Source of the DNA: the human T2T-CHM13v2.0 reference genome, Homo sapiens
DNA length: 64,000 nucleotides
Assembly: GCF_009914755.1 (NCBI RefSeq)
Contig: NC_060926.1
Reading direction: 5' to 3' (one strand)
Position 1 is the first letter of the stretch; each line of letters opens with the position of its first letter. The notes under the pieces are model-generated. The model had not been told where the DNA came from and made no database searches. It saw nothing but the letters and a program-made list of their open reading frames with translations. Of this stretch, positions 27,663-42,006 are shown in pieces. Both the position numbers and the translations under genes were made by a program.

Positions 27663-30218
27663 GGTATATACCAGGCATTGTTCCAAACACTGAAATGACA
27701 GTAATGAGCAAAACAAAGTCCATGCCTTCATGGAGTGCAGACTCCAGTTCAGGAGTAGAAATCAACACAGGCATATTACAGATATAGATAAGGTTGTTGA
27801 TATGCACGTGGGTACAGGCAGAGCTATGCATATAGATAGAGATACAAGTGTAATCAGAGACACAGATGCAGTTATGATGATGGATGTGATACAGACATAG
27901 ACATGGCCATGGACATAGACATAGACAGAGGTAGGTATTAATAGTAAGGAGGTAGAGCCAAGGGGAGGAGAACGATGCAAGGCACTATCTGAGACTGAGT
28001 AGTAGAGAAGGCCCCTTGTAAGAGCAATGCTGAATAGAGACCTGAACCAAGGCCTGAATGAAGCCCTAAGCATGATGAACAGGTGGGTGAGTTGATTTTA
28101 ATTAAGTTTAGTAGGGATGGTATTGGGTGCTGCTCAAAGAATAGACTGTAGGGGGCGGTAGAGCATTGTGTCAGCAGGAAGATCAGGGAGGAAATGACTC
28201 AGTTGATTCTCATGGGAGATGAAGGACTGGACTAAGGAAGTGATAGAAATGGTCACTCCTTAGTCATCATAGAAGTCACTTCGATTTCCCTAGGGAACAT
28301 AAAGTGAAGTCTTTTTACAAAAGACTGATTTACTTGAAGGTTTTGAGGGAACCAATGCATTATGGAACACATTATATACCAATACCATGCTTTCCCAAGT
28401 TATTAGAATAGTAACAGAATGGCATAAAACAGCATATCTTGTGTTATGATCCTGTTAAAAATTATAAGGCATTTAAGACTATAAGTGACTTCCACTCATC
28501 ATGGCAAATTAAAGTCATGGCCCACTAGAAATGGGCTCTTGGTCCTCCTCATGTCTGACCTTCTTATTTTGCAAATAAAAAACTAAAGTCCAGAGATGAA
28601 TAACTTGTCAGAGGTCACAAACTCAGTTAGAAGTGGTACCTACATCTGCTTGTAGCCAGAAGTTCCTTCATTCATTACTTTGCATGTATGCACATAGAAG
28701 AGGAAGAATTAATAATTTTTAAAATTAATAAAATGACCACAGTTCCACCCAAAGTTCACCTTATAAATGTATCTCCAAATTCCCTAACCCTAACCCTTAT
28801 TTTTAATGCAAGCTCTCTTCAGGTAGAAATAGTCTAGAGACACTAGTGAGGACATTTGGAGGCATGAGGAAAACTCTTCAATCGTTAGTTATTACAACAG
28901 GACATACTGAAAAAAAATTATGGCTTAAAATAATTACACATTTATTGATGGATATTTTCTTAATTACAGCTTCAGAATGGAGAACTTGAGTGTTTGGATT
29001 TTTTTTTCTTCAATTAAAACACAGAAAATAATGTTTTCAATCTCAAAGATGAGCATAAATGCATTAGGTTTGGAAAAGCTTACAGACCAGGTTCAGCCAA
29101 AAGTGAAATTTGATAGCTCCCTTGAATGCCTTCTTATTTGAGAGAAATGGGACACACCCTCAATTATGGCAAAATAAGCACAACCATTAATGTCATGCAT
29201 GTTAATAAAAATTTTGGAGACTCCACAGAAAAGTTTATGATGTGTTTTCTAAACCACAGTATTTTGGCGATTGCTCAATAATTACAAGAGCCTGGGCCTT
29301 GCAGGACCCATTAGCTGTATCCAACATAAGCAGTGCATCCAGAGTTCTACAATGACGAGGGGGTAGGGAGGTTTTAAGAGCAAATAAACAAGGACACATA
29401 AAATCCCCAGAATGTCTCTTAAAGCCAAATTTCAAATCATTACCTCACATGGAAGAAAACATATGCATCCATATATATGTACCTAAAAAAATGTGTGTGT
29501 ATGTACATATCATTTACTGCATCAGATATGCTGAGACCATACTGCATTATAAAGAGCACTAGAAAAAGAACTGCAGAACTTCTATTCTCGCGTGCATCTG
29601 CTACTAACAAATTACATGACCCTAGGCAGGGCAGGCCTCTCTGTGGGCCTCATTTTTCACCACTATTAAAGAAAGAGATTGCGTTCCATGATCACTAAGG
29701 TTTTCCTTTGAATATTTTTCTGACCCTGGGGGCTGTATTTAGAATTCTTGAAGCAAGAAATTAGCCACTTTTAAAGATTTGCTACTTTGACCTAGAAGTG
29801 TTCCCTGTTTTGTCCTTTGTTTTCCCATTAGAGAAGAGATTTAAATAAAAATGAAAGGAACTACTGTTGTTTTTCCAGACACAGTTTGTGTGTAATGAGG
29901 GAAGTGATTATCTCGGCAAAAGCACAGTTCCCTCATAAAGGTTCAAAATTAGCGCTTTTCCTCCCTCTAGTGGAAATGTAATGTATTTGATCTAAATTGA
30001 ATTGGTTTCAGTATTTATCAAATTTTTAAAAAAAGAGAGAAAAAGAGTTGGCATATCTAAAACATAATCAGGGATTGAACCAAATGCAATTTGTTACAGG
30101 TTTTCCACACAAATGTCTTAAATATTTTACTTATTTAAATAAATTCAAAATTAACAATGAAAAGCTGCAAAGTAGATTTAGATCAATTGAAGTTCTCCAA
30201 ATGAAATAGACAAGTCCA

Positions 30219-30509
<291 letters not shown>

Positions 30510-31183
30510 GAAATACACAAGTCCACATTAGATGCTTGGTATTTAATTTATGCCCACATGCATCTGAAAATCAGTCCACGTATAAAAATTACTAGGTCAA
30601 AGCATGTCACTGAATAGGACAAGAAACACAGCACTAACAACATTAATAAGAAAGAAATGTTTACTCCATTGTAATTCGATCTAACATGTATGGTATCTGT
30701 TTTACATGAGGGTTTTCTGATTCCCTCTCTCTGAAACCTTTGTTAACTCCCTCAGGCAAAGTAAATCAGAATCAGACCAGGTTTGTCTGACCCACCTGTG
30801 CCAGGGTGGGCAGGACCACAGTGATGATCACCAGGTGTGTATGTCTGCCTCTCTATTGAGGGAGACTCTTCTTCTAATTATTTTTCTCTCCTTACAGTTG
30901 TAGAGCAACAGAGAGACATGGCGAATTGGAGAAATTGTGACTCCAAAGGTATTCCCATTCCATTGTCTAATAATCTGAACAGTTGTTTGTTTGTTGTAAG
31001 TAAAATCAAATAGCACCATGCTGGCTGAATTCAGTCTGCAAGCCACACCAAGGACAGCCTTGCTTAGCCCTGGAAGGCAGAGATTTTCCATGGAAGAGTT
31101 GTAACAAGATGTGTGCTTTAAAGCATGAAAAGAGTGAAAATGCAAAACCACACCTAAAAGGTTCTTAAAAATATCAAACATTC

Positions 31184-31642
<459 letters not shown>

Positions 31643-31804
31643 TCACCTGGAAGATGCAAATAAAATAAATAAACAAAGCCCCACCTTAGAGAAGATTGAA
31701 AGTTTGCAGGAATCACTGTAAGTGAAGCAATAATTAATAGTGGCAGAAAAATACGTACAGATATTGCATCCAAGAAAAAAATATTTTCAAAGAACCTTAA
31801 ATAA

Positions 31805-31978
31805 TGAGAAAAGAAAGATGAAAAAAAGGAAGGAGGAAAAGAAGAAATGCAGGGAGAGAATGCAGAGGAGGAGTAAATGGAGGAGGGAAGAAAAGAAAGA
31901 GTAAAGAAGGGAGGAAGGAAGAGAGGAAAAAAGAAAAGGAAGACAGAAAGGAAAGAAGAAAAGGGGGGAAAGGAGGGG
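31805..31978 (+). repeat. GA-rich tract
   Basis: Direct reading. Confidence 0.85.
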
Positions 31979-32119
31979 CTTTGGAATTTAGAAACTTGAT
32001 AGCAGAAATGAAAATCTTAGTAGAAGATTTAAACACAAAGTTAAAGAAATCTTACAAAATAAAGATATAAAAAGTCACATATGAGGGAAAGATAGGGTGG
32101 TTTTGCTTGTTTAAAATAC

Positions 32120-33780
32120 TACACTAGGGACTTTTGTGTCTTGACAAGATGGAGTAATAGAAAGCTTTATCCCCCAACATGAAGAAACCAAATAATCAGA
32201 CAAGGTTATGAAACAATAGTAACAACTGAAAATGTCCCTGTGACCAGAGAGAAATGAGGTGAGCCCTACAAGTGCCTGAGCACACTGACTTCTGGGAGTT
32301 TGCAGACTGAAAGATTAAACAGGAAGAATCCAACAGTCTCCCTGAGTAGAGGGATAGAGCTGGGAGTCCCAGGAGACCAAGGCAGTTGGAGCTAGAGATG
32401 CACAGAGAGAATGTTTGAGTTCTATAGAGAGTCTTCCTTGATCATTGAACCGTGAGAGTGAGAAATGCTACCTAAGGCCAGGTGAAGAAAATTCCAAAAA
32501 GATTAGAGGAACTAGAACCCAGGGTCAGGGTCAGACACTGCCTGGTGTCTGTTCTTACTAGCCAGACTATACAACTTTATAGTCCATTAGGTTGATCCAT
32601 TGCAATTGAGCACTACAAAAGATTAGTGAACTTGAACACACAGCAATAGAAACTACCCAGAAAAAAACACAGGGCAAAAAAGACTGCAAAAAAATAAATA
32701 AAAGACCATCGGTGAGTTGTGGGGCAGCTTCAGTCAACTAATACATATGTAATTAGAATCCCCAGGGAGAAAAGAGAGAAGTGACAGAAAAACTATTTGA
32801 GCTTTTTTCTTTTTCAAAATTTAATGTAAACTATAAATCCACAGATCAAATACAGATTCAAGCACATGAATAACTGTACACCAAAGCACATCATAATCAA
32901 ATGATTCAAACCAGAGGAAAAGAAAAAAAGCAGCCCAGAAATGATACAGGTTACATAGAGAGTAACAACCAGAAGGGGACAGCAGATTTCCCATCAGAGA
33001 TAATGCAAGTGGGAAGACATTGGAGCAACATTGTTAAAGTACTAAAAGAAATAAACAAACAAACTCTGCAACCTAGAATGCTACACGAAGGGAAAATCTC
33101 TCTCAAAAACTAAGGTAAAATATAGACTTTTCTACATATACAAGAGCTGAAAGAATTCATCACCCACCAGCAGACTCACCGTAAGAAATGTTAAAGAAAG
33201 TCATTCAGAAGAAGAAAAAATATTAGACGGAAATAGAGATTTACACAAAAACATGAAAAACAACAGAAAGTGTTGCACACGGTGCCCAGAGCAGTTTATT
33301 TGCAACAGGTAAAATCTGGGACCAACCCAGGTTAAGGACAACATGTCCAGAAGATGAAATACTACTCAACAAAATTGAAAAAGAAATATAGAGGATGGAA
33401 TAAATCATTGATCCACAAACCAACATGTATGAATCTCAAAATAATTTTGCTGCTAATTGAAGAAAGTCTAATAAAAATGGCACAAACTGTATGATTCCAT
33501 TTATCTAAAATTCTAGAAAATAAAAACTAATTTTCTGTACAGTCAGACCTGTGTTTTCCTGGGAATAAAAAGGTCAGGGAGGAGGGCAGAAGGGTGGGAT
33601 TGCAAAAAGACCCAAGGACATTTCTAGAGGTAATATTACAGTTTGCTGTCTCTACTGTGGTGATGGTTTCATGAGATTATACATATGTCAAAATTAATTA
33701 ACTTGTACATTTTAAATGTGTGTACTTTTCTGCAAGCTATTCATACCTCAATAAAGCTGCTAAAGATGGCATTTCTAATT
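32120..33780 (+). mobile_element. Ancient L1M fragments (5'UTR/ORF1 and 3' end)
   Basis: Degenerate ORF1 (ADFPSEIMQVGRHWSNIVKVLKE...QPRML) and 3'-end motifs (ATGAATCTCAAAATAATT, ATACCTCAATAAAGCTG). Confidence 0.75.
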
Positions 33781-34408
33781 TTCCATGCTGTTGTAGAAAA
33801 TAGGGAAAATTTTTAAGATGTCAAAAAAGTCACAGATTATCACTGAGAAAAAATGTATTTTTGATAATTTACATCTTCTTAGGTGCTCAGCATTCTGCTT
33901 AGCATTATATTAAAAGGATTTATCTCAATGTATTTAACCAGTGTGTATTATAAATAAACACATTATACACATACATAAATATATTCTGATTATTTAAAGA
34001 TAATAGTTATAATAAAACCTTTTTATGTGTACCACTGATTATTTTCTTGGTGTATGTTCCAAAATGATCCACGTGTCCAAACACTTTTAAGATACTATAT
34101 AATTGCTCCTAGAAAAGAGATTTTACAGAGAGAAGGATCAGCACAAAAGGAGATTAGTCTAGTCTAAGAAAAAAATAAACAAAACCAGGCATGTACCACT
34201 GAGGAAGGAAGACAATGGAGAAGTGCTATGTCTGCTTCACAGCTGTTTCCCTGAGTGGGTAGACTGTTTGAGATAGAACACCAGGCACTTTCATTCCCAG
34301 GCCTATTCTATTAATACTTTTGCATACGTGAAGACTGACTGAGCCTCCTACTTACTAATAGAAGTGCTTGCTGTGCTTAGGGAAAATTTATTTTAACTTA
34401 AAGGACAT

Positions 34409-35195
34409 TGCAGTAATCTGCTCAGGCTGCCATAAGAAAATACCACAGGCTAGTGGCTTAAACAGAAATTTCTCACGAGGTGGGCATGGTGGCTCACAAC
34501 TGCCATCCCAGCAACTCAGGATCCTGAGGTGGGAGGATTGCTTAAGCCCAGGAGTTTGAGGCTGCAGTGAGCTATTTCAGCCTGGGAAATAGAGAACCAT
34601 CCCAATAAGAAGAAAGAAAAGAAAAAGAGAGAGAAAGAAAGAGAGGGAGGGAGAAAGAAACAGAAAGAAAGAGAAAGGAAGAAAGAGAAAAGAAGGAAAG
34701 GAAAGGGGAAAGGAAAACAGAAAGGGAAGGGAAAGGGAAAGGGAAAGAGAAAGAGAAAGAGAAAGAGAAAGAGAAAGAGAGAAAGGGAAAGAGAAAGAGA
34801 AAGAGAAAGAGAAAGAATTTATTTCTCACATTTCTGGATGCTAGGAAGTCCAAGATCAAGGTGCCAGCCAGGTAGGATTCATTTTAAGCCCTCTTTTCTT
34901 GGCTCATGGGAGGCCACCATCTCACAATGTGCCCATATAACCTCTTCTTTATGCAGACGCAAGGAGGCAAGGGCAGGGAGGGGAAGAGAGAGAGTGCACG
35001 CATGGAAGGGAGAGAACACTTTTGTGTCTGTTCTTATAAAGACACAAATCCTATTGGATCAGGACCCAACCCTTGTGACCTCAGTAATCTTAATTACTTC
35101 CTTAGAGGTCCATCTCCAAATGCAGCCACTCTAGGGGATAGGAATTCAACATAAGAATTTGGAGGTGGGGGGACACAAACATTCAGTCCATAACA
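34409..35195 (-). mobile_element. MLT1A-like LTR with an inserted Alu monomer (34479-34605) and GA-rich tail (34606-34816)
   Basis: The MLT1 sequence is split at AGAAATTTCTCAC / GAATTTATTTCTCAC around the insert. Confidence 0.8.
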
Positions 35196-35299
35196 AACAT
35201 TCAACTGTTTGAGTAATTCAGAGTGGGGCTCAAAATGTAAAACATTTTGATGAATCACATTAATTGTCATGTTGATAATGTGCCACATCATACATTTTA

Positions 35300-37160
35300 A
35301 TGTAGCATTATTTGTGATTAATTCTCTTACCTTTGTTTTTTTTTTAAATGTCAGTACTTCACCTTATTTCGCACATTTTTACTGTACATAGAATTCTATG
35401 TTGGTATATTTTTCTTTCAGTACTTTAAAGATCTTGTTGCACTCTCTTGCCCATAGTTTCTAATATAAAGTCAGCAATAACTTACATCTTTGTTTTCATA
35501 TAAATATTTATAATGTATTTTTTCTTCAGCTGCTTTCAAGATTTTATCTTTGGTTTAAGTGTTTAGATGAGTGCATTAATTTTCTAGTTATGCTGTGACA
35601 GAATACTCAAAACTGGGCCGCTTTAAACAACAGAGATTTATTTTTTCACAGTTCCAAAAACTAGAAGTCCAAAATCAAGGTGTCTTCCCTCTGAGACTCT
35701 GAATAGAATCCTTCCTTACCTCTTCCATCTTTTGGTAGTGATGATCATATTTTGGTGTTCCTGGCTTTCAGCTGCATCAGTCCAATCTCTACCTCTATCA
35801 TCACATGACATTGTGTCTCATGTCTCTGTCTCATCTTCCCTTCTTATTATGAAGACACTAGTCATAATGGATTAAGGTTCACTCTAATCCAATATGATGT
35901 CATCTTAACTTGATTACATCTGCAGCAACCATATTTCCAAATAATGTCACATTCTGAAGTTCCAGAAAGGACATCAGTTTTAGAAGGTCACTGTCCAATA
36001 CAACTATGATATGCCTAGGCATTGTTTTCTTTGGATTTACAATGATGGGGGTTCACTGAGATGTTTTGAATCTGTAAATTTATGTTTCACTATATTGGAG
36101 AAACATTTTGTGAAAACATTTACCCATAAAAGGGGAAATATGGTTCCTTCACATTTAAAAAACATTTCATTCTCATTCTCTTTTCATTCTAGAATTCCAA
36201 TTAGACGTATGTTAGATCTTTTCATATTGTATCACAAATCTCCAATGCTTTGTTTATATTTTGGAGCAGATAATTTCCACTAATCTATCCTCAAGTATAT
36301 GGACTCTTCCCTTTGTCAATTCTATTACACCGCTAAAGCCATCCAGTGATGGCTTTTAATTTCAGCTGTTGTAATTTTCAGTTCTATAATTTCCATTTGA
36401 TACCTTTTTAGAGTTTCCACTTCTCCACGAGCTTTCCTATCTTTTCATTTATGACATGCATATCCTTTACATCCTTGAGCATAATTATAATAGCTGCTTT
36501 AAATTTCTTATCTGCTAACTCCAACAACAGGGTCACCTTGGGGTTATTCTCAATTGATCAATTTCCTTCTCTTGATAATGTTTTATATTTTCTTGGTTCC
36601 TTGTATGTTGCATAATATTGGATTGTATATTGGATATTGTGTATATTACATGGTGGAGACTCTGGATTCTGTTATAGTCCTCTAAAAAGAATTGAGTTCT
36701 AGAGGGCAATTAGCTTCATTTGACAAGAACTGCACACCTTCTTTTGGATGTCAGCTCAAATCTCATACAAATATTTTAACTTTTGGTGAAGTCTATCCTG
36801 CACATCTATGATTTGTGAATTAGCCAGAGATTTGGGCAGAGTATATACTCAAAATTTAGGGTTTCCCCCTTTTGGCTATCTTTTTTGCAAGATTGTCCTT
36901 CATTTCCCAGTGGTCTCATTTCATAACAGAAAGACCCTTATGTCTTTTCTATCAGGGTTTAGTCACCAAGGTGGAGCTGACATGGGCCTATCATTAGAAT
37001 AAAAACCTAAGACATTCCTTTCTTCCAAGTTTCAAGTCCACTCTAAAATCTTCCTCTCTTCTTTACATTGCCTGCAGAACATTTTTTTCTCCAGAGTTGA
37101 CAGTTGTTTTCCACAGGAAGTACAGCTATGATAAGAGCTTACTTAGTCATACCAGGTGCA
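35300..37160 (-). mobile_element. Ancient L1M 5' region with a nested MLT1 LTR (~35573-36003)
   Basis: T-rich antisense L1 ORF1-like sequence plus MLT1 motifs (AAACAACAGAGATTTATT, GGATTAAGG, TTCCAAATAATGTCACATTCTGA). Confidence 0.7.
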
Positions 37161-38551
37161 GAAACAACATGGCATTGAGCAGAAGACACTGTAGCTGAGG
37201 AATTACATCTGTTTCTAAATTATATAATGACATATTTGAACCCAGATAAAAGGAGGGAAAAATATGACTCAGAGAACAAATTGCCATGAAGTCAACTTTT
37301 CAATCTGAGTTTGTTCATATCTTTTCTGCTTCTGTACAAGTGATTAATGCACTCTATATCTCAAAATTCAGTGGTGAAAATGAATACTGACTTAACATTG
37401 GCAAGAATCAAGAAACTCCATTTGGGATCCCATCAGAAAAAGAAAGACATATATTTCAGGGCCTTCTGAAGACCTGGTCTGTTTTCTAAGATAATTTAAA
37501 CTGTCACTTACAAAGTTGTATATAACAAAAATAAATTTGAAGGATGTCTGCCCATTTCTCAAAGCCAAGCTCCACTCCCTTCCCTATAAATTTTTTTCTA
37601 ATGTGTGCTTATATCAATATTAACTCATTTCACAACTGCCTATGCCATACCCAATAGTCCTTTGTTATATATTTACTTTTCTATTTGAGAATAATAAAGT
37701 TAGAAAGTAAGAGATCAGTTATACAAACTCACCATAAATGAGCACATTAAGTATATGTTAAGATATAACATTATTTTCTCTGAGAGAGAGAGAGAGAGGG
37801 ACTACCAAATCACCATACCTTGAACAAGATAGAGATGAATGTTCCTTTCCCGTAACAGTTCAAGGTAAGCAGCAAGGGCAGGTGAGCTGACTCTACCATC
37901 TCAACCTATAACTTCCCTCTCACAGTCAAAGTGACTTCTTCAATTCTTATTATCTTCCAATGAGCAGAAAGGCAGAAAAGGACTATGGGATCTGAGCACA
38001 ACCCTCTGTGAGAGCAAAAACAGTCCTGAAGAGGTACATATTTATCTGCTCACACCCCATTGGCTAGACCATACTTCAGTGGCACATATGGTTGCAAGAC
38101 AGTCCAAGAAATGCAGTCATAATCTAGAAAGTCATGCATCCAGCTAAAATTCTGTCACCAAGAATAAGTGGTAAGTAGATACTGTGGGACAAACAGCATT
38201 ATGTCACTCTCTAAATACATGAAATTTATGAGGACTAAATCCTGACATATTCTTGACTCCTTAAATTTGCAAATACCTCTCTCCCATATAATATATACCT
38301 TAAAATGCACATTGAACAAGAGATAATCACAGAATTGCACTGACATTGTGGTGCTAGGCTCAGCTGGCCCAGCCCTTTCCACAAAGGAGTGGTTAGCTAT
38401 TTTCCATGTCTGCCTCACAGACTGTGATTTAACTTCATGCTTTGGAAAATGGTGTGTTAGTAGCTGGCCATGTGCCTTCAACTTGCTTAGGAATATTTGA
38501 AACTATGTAAGCGGATCAGTGCCTGATCCCAACTGTTCATTGGATCAAATG

Positions 38552-38555
<4 letters not shown>

Positions 38556-38588
<33 letters not shown>
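38556..38588 (+). repeat. (CA)n microsatellite
   Basis: Direct reading. Confidence 0.95.
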
Positions 38589-38589
<1 letters not shown>

Positions 38590-39051
38590 CATTCCTGAAC
38601 AGTCTGACTTAATGGATCTGTAGCAGGGTCATGGCATCCCTTGTTGTAAAACTTGCACAGGTGATTCTAATGTATAACCAGAGTTGGGAACCACTGAGCT
38701 AAGACATTCAAACTCCACGTTGGCTGTGGGAGACATCAAAAAGCATTGGGCATGTCTCCTGGCTTCAAAAATATTTTAAACTGATTCATTGTCCATATCA
38801 CATAATTCGTACTTTATTATATATTCTAATCCTCTAGTGTAACTTATGTCTAGACTATAACTTTGAGAATTAAACAAGAAACATGAATTGACTGTCATCT
38901 TTGTACCTGGCACTTTCAGGGTATGACAACTTTTACATAGGAAAGCGTCAAGGTTCCTTCTCTCAAGGCACCCTAGTCTAGCAGATAGAAAGAAAACTCC
39001 ACAGGATCTAGTCTGTTAAGCTCTAAGCAATCAATCAATAATTGCATATAA

Positions 39052-39337
<286 letters not shown>

Positions 39338-39340
39338 TCA

Positions 39341-39670
<330 letters not shown>

Positions 39671-39877
39671 ATTTTAGTCCCATATGTTAGTGAAGGTGTC
39701 CTAGGTTCTTGGTGCAAAAAGTAAAAGAATATACATTCAACTCTGTGTGGATCAGAAACCCAAATCAAGAATGGCTTAAACCAGGTAGAAATGTGCTCAT
39801 CACATGTACAAGGAGGCAGGGCCCAGGGCTGTGGTGGCACTCCACATGGGAGTACCATTCATCTTTTTCTCCATCTC

Positions 39878-41613
39878 TCTGGTTATAGCATTGAGTATGC
39901 AAGGTCCAAACATTATCACAAGGCACACGGGAAAAAGAGGTCCTAGTAGAGAGCTAACCAGGTCCAAAACAAAGACTAGAATCCATTAAAAAGGGATTGT
40001 AGCCAACTGAGTTTGCATTTTCACCTAATTTGTCAATGATTCTAATTGAGTCTTTAAGCACTCATAAATTCTCCTCTACCTAACTGGAGGTGTTGATCCA
40101 GAAACAGCATGTTTCATTTACAAATGCACAAGCGCCCCTTACTTCAGCCATAAGGACATCAAGAGTTTGTCTATTTTGCATGGCCACTGAGGCCAGAGAA
40201 TTTATGGGCTGCTCTTGGGCTTTTATGGCTCCTACAGTTACCTTTCACCCTTGTTACATCATGATAGAAATATTAAGCACTGATCTTTCAAGAAGGGGAA
40301 CACCGCCAAGCCAAAATAGGCCTCTGGCTATTGCATATTTTATTCCGTTTTTCTAATATAGGATTGCCATGTGCATATTCTTGCCAGTTCTCTCTCTTTC
40401 ATTTTAATCTCCATATGATGGCATAGAGATAAGTGATCTCCTGTTTTGGTATGTGTGATGGAATGCACTTTCTGTAAAAGAGCCCAAATTGGCGATGTCA
40501 CCCAACAATGCTACCCTGTCAGTGGGGTTTAAAAATAACAAATTGGGGACCATTGCCACTATAGTGCATGTTCCTCTCCAGCGCCTGGGGAGGAATAAGC
40601 ATAGCCTGGAGCCACAGAGAAAGTAAAGCCCTGTTCCCTGAAGGGATGGTTCTATGTTGTGATTTATGAGGGTTCCAGCTAAGTTTAGTCCAGGCCTTAT
40701 AAGGTTGCCTTCCCTACATCTAATTCAAGCATCTTTAGAATAAGGATATCCATACTTAGTATAGTCATCCACAGTATTGTTTGGAACTTTACATGCTGGG
40801 AGGGAAGAATCTTTTTGGCAAATATAGTTTTGAAAGATCAGAGACGCAATATGTTCCAGCCAGTATCTTAGACAACCCTCCTTACAGCGGCTATTGGCCC
40901 AGACATCCCCTGTTCATTCACAAATCTGCAGATCACTGTCATTATCAAATATCATACAAGGGTCCAGGATTCCATGTGTGGGCATGTTTGGGAAGGACCA
41001 TGTGCTATTTATTACCTGATAATAAGGTTGGCGAGGGGTGGCATTTCTGCCCGGGGTAGACATTCCCATTGGGAACTCCACCTGGGAGGTCTGGCTAGAT
41101 TGTTAAAATTTTTCCACAGTCTCTCCCAATGTTTGGTGTCACCCTTGTTCCTTCTTAGTCTCCAGATCTCTGTGCTCTCAGCAATTACAAGCATACTGTT
41201 GCAATTATTTAAGGTTTCCCGAGTATGGTCCTTTTCCTTTACTCTTAAAGCAGAGACAGGCATTGGCTATCATTCTATCAACTTCACCTAGTCTAAGGGT
41301 GTGAGTTTTACCATCAGGAGGTGTGTCTTTCTGGGTGGAGTTAAAAATGCTCCCATACCATGTTCCCTTTATACCTATTAGGTCCTTAATGATTTAAGGT
41401 AAAGCCATCAGAGGGAAACCCTAAGATAGTGAGTTCTGAATCATCAAAGAGTCCATTGGTGTTATTAAACTGAGTAAATTGTTCAGGGCAAACCCAGTAA
41501 TCAGTCTTGTTGTAGAGATCGGTAATATCTGATATTGTAGGAGCCAAAGAATGTGAGGCATTGCTACATCTAACAGTGAATGCTAGTAAACTTGATAGTA
41601 ACAAAATCTTCAT
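39878..41613 (-). pseudogene. ERV env pseudogene, truncated after the transmembrane anchor
   Basis: Signal-peptide-like MKILLLSSLLAFTVRCS; degenerate CXXC (YWVC); ISD-like MQNRQTLDVLMAEVRG; CX6CC CAFVNETCC (40130-40104); anchor LGPLFPVCLVIMFGPCILN. Confidence 0.88.
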
Positions 41614-42006
41614 GTTTATCTCTTGCCTGTGACTACTATCCCTGCTATATGAATAATAACTAAGCAAAAGATTATGGCAATTGAGACTCTTTTCCCAATA
41701 TTCCACTTAGAAGGTGCCACAGTATGCAGTCCTACTGCAAAGAGCAAGGTGAGTACAACAATTCCCATATGTGTGAAGTAATAAAGTTCCACTTTAAATC
41801 TTACTCACCGAGATATATAATTTCTTCGTGGGGGTGGTTTATGAGGTTATGAATGGAATCCCATGGATAATCAAAATCTCCCTGTAAGTATGTGACAAAG
41901 AGAAGTTCTAATATCTAACAGCAAATCTCAAGAGGAAAGGTAGAAATGACTTTAGTATCTGGTAAGGAAGGGTGGGATTGAACTGAACAGAGAGTTCCCA
42001 CTCATT

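Noticed and set aside
28782-28797. CCCTAACCCTAACCCT telomere-like repeat
   Set aside because: Under three units; expected by chance.
30881-30900. Strong-looking + strand acceptor TTTTTCTCTCCTTACAG
   Set aside because: No partner donor or coding frame could be identified, and it is on the wrong strand for NRIR.
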